Source: Treponemataceae bacterium (GTDB lineage: Bacteria > Spirochaetota > Spirochaetia > Treponematales > Rectinemataceae). From it: a DNA stretch of 64,000 bases. The translations under genes were made by a program, and so were the position numbers. Below the pieces are notes generated by a model. It was not told the origin of the DNA, ran no database searches, and was given only the letters and a program-made list of their open reading frames with translations. The stretch lies in assembly GCA_963678065.2 (NCBI GenBank), contig CAXXVZ010000004.1, forward strand, positions 32,001 through 96,000, written 5' to 3'. Positions 10,136 through 19,934 of the stretch are shown here, in pieces; position 1 is the stretch's first letter; every line of letters starts with the position of its first letter.

Positions 10136-10612
10136 CTAGCCCTTGAATGCCTCAGCCTCGTAGTGCGCCCACTTTGCGGCACCGGATTCGAGGCGCACCT
10201 TGCGCTCGGGCGTTACACCATACGCGAACTCGGTCTCGAGAAACACGTCGATGATCTCGCAGGCCATACGGATGCTCGTTGTGGTCCCGCCAATCGCGAT
10301 GATGTTCGCGTTATTCACAATGCGGCTCTCGCGCGCTGCCCAATAGCTTTCAACAAGGGCACATCGTGCTCCCATGTTCTTGTTAGCAGCGATACTGATC
10401 CCTACTCCTGTGGCACAAATCACTACCCCACGCGCGGCTTCACCGCTCGTGACGGCCTTCGCCACGTTGCGCCCTACATCCATGTACCACACTGGATGCT
10501 CCGCGTCCCGAGTCCCCAGATCCAGTACATTGTGTCCCTTTCCGATGAGGTGCTTCTTCACTTCCACCTTCAACTCGTAACCACCGGGATCTGCGCCTAG
10601 TGCGATCGTCAT
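10136..10612 (-). CDS. RpiB/LacA/LacB family sugar isomerase (non-canonical)
   Basis: IALGADPGG, ICATGVG, AANK, VNNANIIAIGG. Confidence 0.88.
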   Translation of the reverse strand: MTIALGADPGGYELKVEVKKHLIGKGHNVLDLGTRDAEHPVWYMDVGRNVAKAVTSGEAARGVVICATGVGISIAANKNMGARCALVESYWAARESRIVNNANIIAIGGTTTSIRMACEIIDVFLETEFAYGVTPERKVRLESGAAKWAHYEAEAFKG

Positions 10613-10719
10613 GCTTCTACCTCCGTTTTTCCAACTAACGCTTCAGTGCATGCATCCTCACGCTCTCCGCAATTTCCAGAAAACGTTCAAATACGTTCTT
10701 TTTGTTCTGAAGCTATCAT

Positions 10720-10748
10720 ATGATAGACTAGCTATTATCACTTGTCAA
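10720..10748 (-). promoter_or_regulatory. Sigma70-type promoter for the rpiB-like gene and leftward genes
   Basis: Minus strand TTGACA (10748-10743), 17 nt, TATCAT (10725-10720) in an AT-rich intergenic region. Confidence 0.65.
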
Positions 10749-10859
10749 GAAAAATGCAAATTTTTTGTTTATACAGAATATACCATAAATACTTATTTTA
10801 TTCTTTATATAATATACAATAATACTATTTCATATAATTCAGTGTAATTCGATAATGGC

Positions 10860-10888
10860 TTGACAGTTCCATAAAATGGTTTCAGAAT
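10860..10888 (+). promoter_or_regulatory. Sigma70-type promoter for the transketolase pair
   Basis: TTGACA (10860), 17 nt, CAGAAT (10883). Confidence 0.55.
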
Positions 10889-10989
10889 ACCATATAGATT
10901 TATCATTACATATGTATTTATTATCATTTCAGCTATTTGATGTTCTTTTTTCGAACATTGCACAAATCCAAGAGAAGGTGGACGAAGGC

Positions 10990-11829
10990 ATGAGTAGAAT
11001 GGAAATAGCCCAACTGAAGCTCACGGCCATCAAATGCCGGCAGAACGTGCTCCGCATGATACGAGCGAATCGCTCCGGGCACCTCGGTCCGGCCTATTCC
11101 TGCATTGATATCGTGACTGCCCTCTATTTCCATGGGATGAACGTCGATCCCGGGAACCCGGACAAGCCCGATCGCGACCGCTTCCTTCTTTCTGCAGGGC
11201 ACAAGGGAATGGCGCAATATGCAGCGCTCGCAGAAGCTGGCTTCTTTCCGAAGGATGTGCTCGACACCTTCGGACAGTTCAAGTCCCGGATACCCGGCCA
11301 TCCCGACATGCATAAGCTTCCGGGGATCGAGGCGAATACGGGAGCCCTTGGACACGGTCTTGGCCTCGCATGTGGCATGGCACTCTCGCTGCGCCTCGAC
11401 CGCTACAAGTCGCGTGTATTCGTCCTCCTCGGCGATGGAGAGTTGGCGGAAGGCTCCAATTGGGAGAGTGCGGCGATCGCGGCGCACTATCGCCTCGACA
11501 ACCTTGTCGCCTTCATCGACCTGAACGGCCTGCAGATCAGCGGGCGTACGAAGAACATTATGAGCTTCGAACCCGTCGGTGAGCACTTCGCCGGCTTCGG
11601 CTGGACGACTCGTGATATCGATGGCAACAAGATGGAAGACATTGTAGACGCACTGGACGCTCTTCCCTTTGAAAATGGAAAACCAAGCCTCATCGTTGCG
11701 CATACGATCAAGGGCAAGGGATTTTCGGATGCCGAGGACGCAGCGGCGTATCACTATTGGAACGCGACTGAGTCGGACTTGTCCCGTGCAGAGCGGGAGC
11801 TCGCGGAAGCGATCGGGAAGGTGGACTGA
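10990..11829 (+). CDS. Split transketolase, N-terminal (TPP-binding) subunit
   Basis: SGHLG, DRDRFLLSAGH, GHPD, TGALGHGL, GDGELAEGSNWE, HTIKGKG. Confidence 0.93.
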   Translation: MSRMEIAQLKLTAIKCRQNVLRMIRANRSGHLGPAYSCIDIVTALYFHGMNVDPGNPDKPDRDRFLLSAGHKGMAQYAALAEAGFFPKDVLDTFGQFKSRIPGHPDMHKLPGIEANTGALGHGLGLACGMALSLRLDRYKSRVFVLLGDGELAEGSNWESAAIAAHYRLDNLVAFIDLNGLQISGRTKNIMSFEPVGEHFAGFGWTTRDIDGNKMEDIVDALDALPFENGKPSLIVAHTIKGKGFSDAEDAAAYHYWNATESDLSRAERELAEAIGKVD

Positions 11830-11830
11830 A

Positions 11831-12772
11831 ATGAACTACGAGATGATCGATGCCAAGAAAGTGATGGGTGAAGCCGTCTACGAGATGGCGCGGGACCACG
11901 AAAATATCGTCATGATATCGACGGACAGCGCGAGCCGCTCCGGGTTCTCCGCATTCATCAAAGATTTCCCGGACCGCTACTTCGAGCTGGGAATAATGGA
12001 GCAGTCAGCCCTGAGCGTCGCGTCGGGCTTCGCGACGACAGGGAAAATACCCATATTCTGCGCACCGGCTCCCTTCGTGACTGGCCGGCCTTTCGAGATG
12101 TTCAAGGTAGACTTGGGCTATATGCGGCAGAACGCCAAGATCATCGGGAGAAATTGCGGCTTTAACTATTCGGACCTTGGCCCGACGCATTATGGGTTGG
12201 AAGATTATGGCCTCATCAGGATGATACCAAAGGTCGTCATCCTCGCTCCGCAGGATGCCTCGGAGTTAAAGGCTGCGATAAAAGCAATGCTGGAATACGC
12301 TGGGCCTGTCTACCTCCGGTTGAGTGCGGGACCGATACCGAGGATCTTCGACGAAAAACCCTTCCAGATCGGCAAAGGGAATGTCATCCGCGATGGCAAA
12401 GACATTGCGATAGTGACAACCGGGGAAATCACCTTCAACGTTCTCGCGGCAACAGAAGCTCTGGTAAGCTACGGGATCGACCCCATGGTGATCGGGATGC
12501 CCACAATAAGACCCATCGACGAGGCGCTCGTGATCGAGGCCGCGAAAAAGACCGGCAAAGTCGTCACTGTCGAAGAGCACTTCGATATCGGCGGACTCGG
12601 TACGATCGTCTGTGAGCTTTGCAGTGCATCCTGTCCAGTACCAGTACTGCGACTAGGAGTCCCAAGCGACTACATAAACTCCGGGCCTTATAAAGACCTA
12701 ATGGCGGAGGTCGGCCTGGATACCGATCACCTGGTCGCGAAAATTGCGGAGTTTGCGAAAAGAAAGCTTTAA
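11831..12772 (+). CDS. Split transketolase, C-terminal subunit
   Basis: FPDRYFELGIMEQ, LGPTH, GPVYLRL, VEEHFDIGGLG. Confidence 0.93.
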   Translation: MNYEMIDAKKVMGEAVYEMARDHENIVMISTDSASRSGFSAFIKDFPDRYFELGIMEQSALSVASGFATTGKIPIFCAPAPFVTGRPFEMFKVDLGYMRQNAKIIGRNCGFNYSDLGPTHYGLEDYGLIRMIPKVVILAPQDASELKAAIKAMLEYAGPVYLRLSAGPIPRIFDEKPFQIGKGNVIRDGKDIAIVTTGEITFNVLAATEALVSYGIDPMVIGMPTIRPIDEALVIEAAKKTGKVVTVEEHFDIGGLGTIVCELCSASCPVPVLRLGVPSDYINSGPYKDLMAEVGLDTDHLVAKIAEFAKRKL

Positions 12773-12895
12773 CGCCAATCGCTTCGCCCGAAGTCTTCAG
12801 TTGAGCATCAGGATGGTCATAAAGGTATTCTTTGGAGGCTGAGAGCATCCCACCTGATAAGCTGGACAAGCTTCCCCGCCCGGTCCCGCCGAAAA

Positions 12896-14110
12896 TCATG
12901 GCGACGGGGATCCCCGCCCTGCGCGTAGGGGCAGGCTGTCATCCTCCCTCATGTGGACGGCCAGCGGCAGACCTGAGTTCCTTACGGCCGAGGCGACGCA
13001 GGCGGCGAGCCACATGGCTCCGAACTCGTTGTGGTGGGTGTAGTCCCCCGGCATCGCGAAGGCACGCGGAGTCTGGTCAGGCCCCATCGACTCGTAGAAG
13101 TCGCGGCTCATTTTCTCGAGATCGATGAGGGAGACCCCCTCTTCGGCCGCCAGCGCGCGGACGGCGTCGGGATAGCGGCCGTGCGAGGGAATGATCCTTC
13201 GGCCGGAATCGAAGCGGCAGCGTTCGCAGGAGGTGACGAGGACGGGAATCGCGCCTCGCTGCCGCGCCTCGGCGATGTAGACGGCGAGATAGGCGCGATA
13301 GGTCGTCTGTGCATCGAGATAGGTCTGCGGCCACTCGGCCTTCTGGTCGTTGTGTCCGAACTGGATGAAGAGATAGTCGCCGGGCTTCATCCTTTCCAGA
13401 ACCTTGGCGAGCCTCAGTCCCGAGATGAAGGATTTCAGTGTTTCACCGGACTCGGCGTGGTTGGCGACGACGACTCCGGGCCCGAAAAAAGCCGGCAGCA
13501 TCTGGCCCCAGCTCGCGTAGGGCGGACTTTCCTGGTCGGCCACGGTCGAGTCTCCCGCAAGATATATGACGGGGAGTTCGTCGGCCGCCTCGATTTCCAG
13601 GGCCGACACGCGCGGATGTGGGCCTGAAAACAGAAGGCTGAGCCTGTCAGCCCAATCCCTGCCGGTCTTTTCCGAGTCTTTCAGCACGACACAGTCGGCC
13701 CCGGGTGCGGTCGGCGGAGGCGGCATCAGGCGGGCCGTCCGCAGGTTCACGGCTATGGCCGCTTCGGCGAATTCCCCCGGGCCCGTCAGGACTTCTCCGA
13801 GCATGAGCCTCCGACCCTGAGAAAAAACCCTTGTCGACGATTCCGATCGCGCATCGCCGAAGCAGATCCTCACGCGGTAGCTTCCCTCGGGCAGCGGCCG
13901 GGAAAACCGGAAGGGCCTTCCCGGCTCGGGCGCGGCCGCGCGAGCGGGGACGGAGCCCGCATTGCGGGATCCCGTTTCCAGGGAAACCGATTCCGGGGAT
14001 TCAGGAACCGGAAACTCAGCTTCCGAAAAGGTCCATCCGGATTCCGCCGAACCCGGTTCGCAATCGAATCTGAATCTCACAGGATCACTCCCGAAGGCCG
14101 CACCGCGCAT
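12896..14110 (-). CDS. Rhamnogalacturonan acetylesterase-like SGNH hydrolase (CE12, RhgT/YesT-like); start uncertain
   Basis: LAGDSTV, SWGQ, NHAESGE, IQFGHNDQK, DYTHHN..GA. Confidence 0.88.
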   Translation of the reverse strand: MRGAAFGSDPVRFRFDCEPGSAESGWTFSEAEFPVPESPESVSLETGSRNAGSVPARAAAPEPGRPFRFSRPLPEGSYRVRICFGDARSESSTRVFSQGRRLMLGEVLTGPGEFAEAAIAVNLRTARLMPPPPTAPGADCVVLKDSEKTGRDWADRLSLLFSGPHPRVSALEIEAADELPVIYLAGDSTVADQESPPYASWGQMLPAFFGPGVVVANHAESGETLKSFISGLRLAKVLERMKPGDYLFIQFGHNDQKAEWPQTYLDAQTTYRAYLAVYIAEARQRGAIPVLVTSCERCRFDSGRRIIPSHGRYPDAVRALAAEEGVSLIDLEKMSRDFYESMGPDQTPRAFAMPGDYTHHNEFGAMWLAACVASAVRNSGLPLAVHMREDDSLPLRAGRGSPSP

Positions 14111-14233
14111 GGGGGCTGGGCCACACAGAGGCTGGACTGCGCGCGGCGGCGTCGCCGCGCACAGCGCGCTCATTTTCCGGAGACACGGGCCGGCGGGGCC
14201 CCGAACCATTTCGGAGCCGCGGCCGACCGAACT

Positions 14234-15775
14234 TTATTTCTTGTGCTCGGCGTCGTAGGCCTTGAGCATGTCTTCCTTGACCTGCCTGGCTCCGAGATCG
14301 AGCCATTCCTTGAGGTAGGCATCGAAGAGGGCGTCAAACTCGGAAGGTTTGCACATGATGAGCTTCTTCTGCATCTCTTCCGCCTTGTCGATGAGCATGC
14401 GGCTCATATTGGCGAGAGAGTCGGGAGGATTCGCGATGCGGACAGGCGGGATGCCGTCTTTATCGACCATCTTGTAATGCTCGACGAACACGCTCGAGGG
14501 GTACTTCGCGTCGACCCAGCCGATGGTCTGAGCCTTGATGGCCTTTTCGATGGAATCGTAGGGCCGCCCGTTGAGAATGATGACGCGGTCGAGAATGTTG
14601 CCCGCCTCCCAAACCTGGTTGCCGGAGAGCTTCCGCGGGATGATGATTCCTTCCTTGTTGAGGTCGTAGTGCACGCCCTCGTCGCCGAACATGATCTTGG
14701 TCATATTCTTGAGGTCGGCCATCCAGTTGAGGTACTTCACGACGAGGTCGGCGTTCTTGGACGTTGCGGGGACGAAATTGAAGATGCCGATGGGGTTGTA
14801 AACGTATTTCGCCGTCTTGCCCTCGGCGTTGGTGAAGGGATCGCAGGGCGCCCAGACGCAGTCGGGATCGTTCTTCTGGATCGCCGGGATGAGGTTGTAG
14901 AACCAGGGATAGGCCAGGTTGTTGGTGAAGGTTCCCACATAGCCGTTGGAGATGGCCGACTGCAGGTTGAGCATGTCGTTCTTGGGCCACAGAGCCCAGT
15001 CTTTCTGGACGAGACCCTCATTCTGCAGCATGTTTGCGAACCTGAGCGCGTCCTTCATGCCGGGGATGGCGAGGTCGCGGCAGGGCCAGGTGATCGAGGC
15101 GCCTATCCAGGCGGCGCGTTCGCGCTCGGTGCTCGGTTTGTAGAAGGAGTAGATCAGGTTCGCGTCGGCGGTGGCCCCGAAGCCGCCGATGGGCGCGAGG
15201 TTGGCTCCCTTCTTGCCCGGATCCTTGTCGCGGAAGGCGCGGACCGCGGCGAGCCACTGATCCCTCGTCTTGGGAACGGGGAGACCGAGCTTGTCGAGCC
15301 AGTCCTTGCGGATCCAGGTGCCGGAGATTCCCATCATCTGGCGCTTGCCGGGGATGGCGTAAATCCTGTCGTCGAAAGTTCCGTACTCGAGGACATCCGG
15401 TCCGAGGAAGGCCTTGAGCGTGGGCGCCGATTTGTCGATGAGACTCGTCAGGTCGGTGAGTCCGCCCTTGTTCGCGTAACTCGCGACGAGAACGGAGTCA
15501 TAGGTGAAGCAGAGGTCGGGCGCGTCGCCTGCGGCCATCATGAGATTGAGTTTTTCGACTTCTTGCGGGCGGGGCACGAGAACCCACTCGATTTTGACAT
15601 TGTTGGGGTCGCCGAAAGTCTTCTGAATCCACTGCGCGGGCGGTCCGTTCTCGAGGACTCCCGGCTGGAGGTTCAGCCTGTCAAAGATTTCGATCCGGAG
15701 AGTCCTCTGAGGCGCTCCGAAACATGGAAGTCCAACGATGAGCAACGCGGCGAGAATCAACATGAGTCTCTTCAT
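14234..15775 (-). CDS. Carbohydrate ABC transporter substrate-binding protein (LplA/aldouronate type)
   Basis: Signal peptide; LMMAAGDAPD, WIRKDWLDKLGLPVPKT, FGDEGVHY. Confidence 0.9.
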   Translation of the reverse strand: MKRLMLILAALLIVGLPCFGAPQRTLRIEIFDRLNLQPGVLENGPPAQWIQKTFGDPNNVKIEWVLVPRPQEVEKLNLMMAAGDAPDLCFTYDSVLVASYANKGGLTDLTSLIDKSAPTLKAFLGPDVLEYGTFDDRIYAIPGKRQMMGISGTWIRKDWLDKLGLPVPKTRDQWLAAVRAFRDKDPGKKGANLAPIGGFGATADANLIYSFYKPSTERERAAWIGASITWPCRDLAIPGMKDALRFANMLQNEGLVQKDWALWPKNDMLNLQSAISNGYVGTFTNNLAYPWFYNLIPAIQKNDPDCVWAPCDPFTNAEGKTAKYVYNPIGIFNFVPATSKNADLVVKYLNWMADLKNMTKIMFGDEGVHYDLNKEGIIIPRKLSGNQVWEAGNILDRVIILNGRPYDSIEKAIKAQTIGWVDAKYPSSVFVEHYKMVDKDGIPPVRIANPPDSLANMSRMLIDKAEEMQKKLIMCKPSEFDALFDAYLKEWLDLGARQVKEDMLKAYDAEHKK

Positions 15776-15820
15776 TCCGATCTCCTTTGACCAGAAATAT
15801 CAAAAACCCGAAAAGGGTTT

Positions 15821-16690
15821 TTATCCTTTGACCGAGCCGATCATGACGCCTTTGATGAAATAGCGCTGGAGCCGCGGATAGATGAGGAGGATGGGAAGAG
15901 TCGCGATCATGACCGTGGCCGCAGTGAGGGCGGCGGGCACGACGGAAAGTCTCGACTCCGCTCCCTCCATCATGAAGACCTCCGGAGAGTTGTTGTTCAT
16001 GATGAGATTGGAGAGCTTGAGCTGCAAAGTGGCCATGCCCGTCTTCGTGATGTAGAAGAGGGCGTCCTGGAAGGTGTTCCAGCGGAACACGGCGTAGAAC
16101 AGGCTCAGGGTCGCGATGATGGGCATGGACAGCGGCAAGATGATGCGCACCAGTATCTGGAAGTACGAAGCGCCGTCGAGGAGAGCCGACTCGGTGAGCG
16201 ACTCCGGCAGTGTGGCGAGCGAGGTGCGGAGGATGATCACGTTGAAGGGGCTGATCGCCACCGGCAGGATGAGGGCCCATATCTTGTTGAGGAGCCCCAG
16301 CGACTTGACGAGGATATAGAGCGGGAGGATCCCTCCCGAGAAGTACATCGTGATGACGACGAGCGTCATGATGACTTTTCTGCCCTTCAGTTCCGGGCGC
16401 GTGAGCGGATAGGCGCAGGCAGTCGTGAGCGCCATGGCTATCGCGGTGTACAGGGTCGTGAGGACCACGCTGAACACGAGGGCCCGCATGACCGAGCCAT
16501 CTTTCAGGATTTCGCGGTAGGAGTTGAGCGTCAGCCCCACGGGCAGGAGTCCCACCTGGCGGGAGATGACCGCGTCGTTCGAACTCAGCGAGAGCGAGAT
16601 TTCATATATGAGGGGAAGTATGCAGGCCGCCGCGACGAAGATGAGAATGGCGCCAATCAGCGTACTTTCCGCTTTCCGGCGAATGTTCAT
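15821..16690 (-). CDS. Carbohydrate ABC transporter permease (LplC type)
   Basis: MYFSGGILP, ESALLDGAS EAA loop, YPRLQRYFIKGVMIGSVKG. Confidence 0.93.
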   Translation of the reverse strand: MNIRRKAESTLIGAILIFVAAACILPLIYEISLSLSSNDAVISRQVGLLPVGLTLNSYREILKDGSVMRALVFSVVLTTLYTAIAMALTTACAYPLTRPELKGRKVIMTLVVITMYFSGGILPLYILVKSLGLLNKIWALILPVAISPFNVIILRTSLATLPESLTESALLDGASYFQILVRIILPLSMPIIATLSLFYAVFRWNTFQDALFYITKTGMATLQLKLSNLIMNNNSPEVFMMEGAESRLSVVPAALTAATVMIATLPILLIYPRLQRYFIKGVMIGSVKG

Positions 16691-16699
16691 GATGCCCCC

Positions 16700-17602
16700 T
16701 TACCAGATTCCCGTGTCGCTGTATTTGCTCGCCAGGGTGTTGGCTCCGAGGAGGAAGGCCATTCCGATGACGGACTGGAAAAGTCCCACGGCTGTACCGA
16801 CATTGAAGCGGCCGGACACGATGCCCACCTGGTAGACATAGGTGCTGATGACCTCTGCGAAATCCTTGACCAGCGCGTTGCCGAGAATGTAAGGCTGCTC
16901 GAATCCGATGCTGACGATCCTTCCGACCTGCAGCACGAGGAGGACGATCATCGTGGGAGCGATTCCCGGGAGGGTGATGCTCCACATCTTGCGCCAGCGT
17001 CCCGCGCCGTCCACATCGGCGGCCTCGTAGAGCTCCGGGTTGATGCCGGTGATGGAGGCGAGGTAGATGATCGTGCCCCATCCGGCGTTCTGCCACACCG
17101 CGATGCCCTGGTAGGTGAAGAGCCAGTGCCACTTCTCCGAAAGGAAGGGAATGCGCTGGCCGCCCAAGCGGGTGATGAGAACGTTGATGATGCCTGTGTT
17201 GTCGGCGAATATCTGGAGCGCGAGGGAGCCTATGATCGCCCAGGAGAGGAAGTGGGGAAGGTAGAGCGTACTCTGGAGGAGTTTCTTGAGCTTTTTCCCG
17301 CGGAGCTCGTTGAGAAGGAGGGCCAGTATGATGGGAGCGGGGAAGCCGACGATAAGGTTCAGCGCGTTCAGCATCAGAGTGTTCTTGACGGCCACCCAGA
17401 AACCTTTCGTCCTGAAGATTTCCTCGAACACGCCGAAGCCGATCCATTTCGAGTGGAAAAAACCCTTGAAAATATTGTAATCCTGGAACGAGATGAGAAC
17501 TCCCGCCATCGGTATGTACGAAAAAACCAGAAGAGAGATCAGAGGAAGCATCAGAAGCAGATAGAGCTGGATCTGTTGTCCCGTCTTGTGATTTCGCGCC
17601 AT
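16700..17602 (-). CDS. Carbohydrate ABC transporter permease (LplB type)
   Basis: YLPHFLSW, GWGTIIYLA, LYEAADVDGAGRW, AVGLFQS. Confidence 0.93.
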   Translation of the reverse strand: MARNHKTGQQIQLYLLLMLPLISLLVFSYIPMAGVLISFQDYNIFKGFFHSKWIGFGVFEEIFRTKGFWVAVKNTLMLNALNLIVGFPAPIILALLLNELRGKKLKKLLQSTLYLPHFLSWAIIGSLALQIFADNTGIINVLITRLGGQRIPFLSEKWHWLFTYQGIAVWQNAGWGTIIYLASITGINPELYEAADVDGAGRWRKMWSITLPGIAPTMIVLLVLQVGRIVSIGFEQPYILGNALVKDFAEVISTYVYQVGIVSGRFNVGTAVGLFQSVIGMAFLLGANTLASKYSDTGIW

Positions 17603-18649
17603 TCACTCGCCGCCTTCGATCCCGTCGAGAAGGGCGGCGAGGAAAGCGAGAGTCAAACCCTGTCCCCATCCCTGCACCCGTTTTCGGGGAATCTGCCTGT
17701 AGGCCTCGGCGTCCGGCATGACAGCCGTACCGCCTGAAACGTTGAGCACGGAACCGTCCGCGCTGACATTTTCGCGGATCCCCGAGTAGGCTCGAGCCAG
17801 GTACTTCCCGTGCAGGGGGAGCCGGTAGGTCGCGATCGCCGCCGCGATGCCGGCGGAGGCCGATGTCTCGCAATACGAAGTATCGTCGTCGAGAATGGTA
17901 TGCCAGAGACCTTCGGGGGACTGGAGCCGGACGAGGGCCGAAAGCTGATCGCGCAGCGAGCCGTCGATGCGCATGAACATGGGATAGAGGTAATCGATGT
18001 AGCGCAGGGCGCGGGACATGGTGTACGCCGCCCAGGCGTTCGCGCGGCCCCAATAGATGCCCGACATGTGGTCGCGCCTCGAGTTGTCCCATCCGTGGTA
18101 GTAGAGATTGGTCACGGGGTCCTGGAGGAGATCCTCATGCCAGTACCACTGGTTGAGCGCGTCGTCGATCCAGACCCTGTTGCCGGTCTTGAACCCCATG
18201 CGCAGAAGGAAATAGGCCGCCATGAAAAGCGTATCCGCCCAGGCTTGCCCGGGAAAGTCATTTTTCGGAGAGACTGTGTGCTGAAGAACCCCCTCGCCGA
18301 ATCGGAGGGCGTCTTTTTGCAGGTAGCCCGCCTTTTCGAGGGCGAGATCGAAATAGCGCGCGTCTCCCGTAGCCTCGTGCAGACTGATGAGGCAATGCCC
18401 CATGGCCATGGTGTTGACCGTGAAGGGGGGCAGGCCGATGTCGATGTACTCGTCCACCCACGATTTTACCCGATCGAGGTACTCCGCCTTTCCCGTCGCT
18501 TCCCATGCGCGGCAAACGCCGTAGAAGGCGACTCCGCTTGGCCAGTTCCAGGTAAAATCGATGTCCATCGTCCGCGCGACGAGGCGGTCGATGAGTTCGC
18601 GGATTGCGGGCTCTTCAGCCTTGCCGATACGCGTACCGGAATCAGGCAT
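17603..18649 (-). CDS. GH105 unsaturated rhamnogalacturonyl/glucuronyl hydrolase
   Basis: WNWPSGV, WADTLFM, LYYHGWD, WGRANAW, GLWHTILD, ETSASA, WGQG; start MPDSG after AAGGAG. Confidence 0.9.
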   Translation of the reverse strand: MPDSGTRIGKAEEPAIRELIDRLVARTMDIDFTWNWPSGVAFYGVCRAWEATGKAEYLDRVKSWVDEYIDIGLPPFTVNTMAMGHCLISLHEATGDARYFDLALEKAGYLQKDALRFGEGVLQHTVSPKNDFPGQAWADTLFMAAYFLLRMGFKTGNRVWIDDALNQWYWHEDLLQDPVTNLYYHGWDNSRRDHMSGIYWGRANAWAAYTMSRALRYIDYLYPMFMRIDGSLRDQLSALVRLQSPEGLWHTILDDDTSYCETSASAGIAAAIATYRLPLHGKYLARAYSGIRENVSADGSVLNVSGGTAVMPDAEAYRQIPRKRVQGWGQGLTLAFLAALLDGIEGGE

Positions 18650-19640
18650 GGTCTCTCCTTGTGGCCCCGCAGGATTCACGTATGACCAGTTCATGTTTGA
18701 GGAAGACGTGGATGGCCGCCTCGTTGGGGTTTTCCAGAAGCCGCAAGAGGACATCCACCGCCGTGGACCCGGCCTCGCGGAAAGGAATGCGCACGCTCGT
18801 GAGCGGGGGCGAAAAGAATTTCGAAGCCTCGAGATCGTCCATACCGACCAAGGCGATGTCCTCGGGAACCTTGAGCCCGAACTCCCGCACGACGGTGCCG
18901 AGCCGCATGAGGTGGGTATCGGAGAGCCCGAACCACGCGTGGGGGCGCGAATCGGAGGAGAAGAGGGTCCGCGCGATATCCTCGAGGTCGCCATCCTTTT
19001 CGAAGGTGTACAGCGAGGCGGGAACCGGAAGTCCCCTCGCAGCAAAGGCATCCCGGAAGCCATTCATCTTGTCGCGGTCGAGGCGGTAGTCGACGGGTCT
19101 TCCCCAGGTGGCGATATCGGTGTGCCCGAGCGAAATGAGGTGATCGACGGCCTCTCGCGCGGCGTTGCGCAGATCGACGGAGACGAAACTCCGGTCGGAG
19201 TCCGTGAAGACGCGGTTCACGAAGACGTGGGGTATCCCCAGCCGCCTGAGCTCGGCGGATTCGGCGTCCTCTTCTTTCTCGTTTTTTCCGATGAAGATGA
19301 CGCCGACTCTGGTCGACAAATTTGCGCGCTTCTTGCCTGGCGGGAGTATGGGGCCATGGTCGGCGTGCAGCTTGACGTGAAGCCCCAGGCTCGCCGCCCT
19401 GTTCATCACGCCGGACACCATCTCCCCGTACGCGTTCGCGCCCTCGAAGTGTTCGCGCACGGAAACTACGAGAAGGAGGTCCGATCGCGGCGGACGCGGA
19501 TTGTAGAAGTAGTTGACTTCCTTCATGGCTGTCTGGATCGCCTCGCGCGCCTCGGTCCGGACTTTGCTGCCATTCAGGAAGCGGAATACCGTGCTGCGGG
19601 ATACGCCAGAAATTCGGACTACATCGTCGATTGTCGGCAC
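18642..19640 (-). CDS. LacI family transcriptional regulator
   Basis: TIDDVVRISGVSRSTV HTH, LISLGH, VPEDIALVGMDD, PPLTSV; probable GTG start. Confidence 0.9.
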   Translation of the reverse strand: MPTIDDVVRISGVSRSTVFRFLNGSKVRTEAREAIQTAMKEVNYFYNPRPPRSDLLLVVSVREHFEGANAYGEMVSGVMNRAASLGLHVKLHADHGPILPPGKKRANLSTRVGVIFIGKNEKEEDAESAELRRLGIPHVFVNRVFTDSDRSFVSVDLRNAAREAVDHLISLGHTDIATWGRPVDYRLDRDKMNGFRDAFAARGLPVPASLYTFEKDGDLEDIARTLFSSDSRPHAWFGLSDTHLMRLGTVVREFGLKVPEDIALVGMDDLEASKFFSPPLTSVRIPFREAGSTAVDVLLRLLENPNEAAIHVFLKHELVIRESCGATRRDHA

Positions 19641-19934
19641 CTTTTCGACCTCTTGAGGGGAGTTTAGCACGGGTTCAAAAAACGGTGTCAAAATTTGCGG
19701 TTATCAGTATCACTTTTTATGGCACTTTAGTGTCAATTGCTGCAAGAACGCCTACCCGATGAGGCGGTGCAAGCCTGTCCACAGCCCGGAATCCGCCTTG
19801 CGGAATACGGAAGAGAATTGCCCTTCCTCGTTGACATGAGGGAAGAGGTAGTCGACGATACACGCGTACGCATGCTTCTACAGGCATGCGCGAAACAGCG
19901 GGCTGCCGAAGGCCCGTCATCCACGGAGAATGTC

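Noticed and set aside
14243..15790. 515-aa plus-strand ORF, and similar long ORFs at 4446-5783, 27747-29093, 32568-33983, 34061-36145, 38761-40380, 40866-42413 and 60594-61880
   Set aside because: Antisense shadows of well-supported genes, expected from high GC3 codon bias; no recognisable motifs.
17603..19063. Extended N-termini in the ORF track (GH105, dctM, lyase, permease at 25948, etfB, marC and others)
   Set aside because: The extensions overlap neighbouring genes in other frames; downstream starts with an RBS fit family lengths, so no frameshift or fusion is needed.
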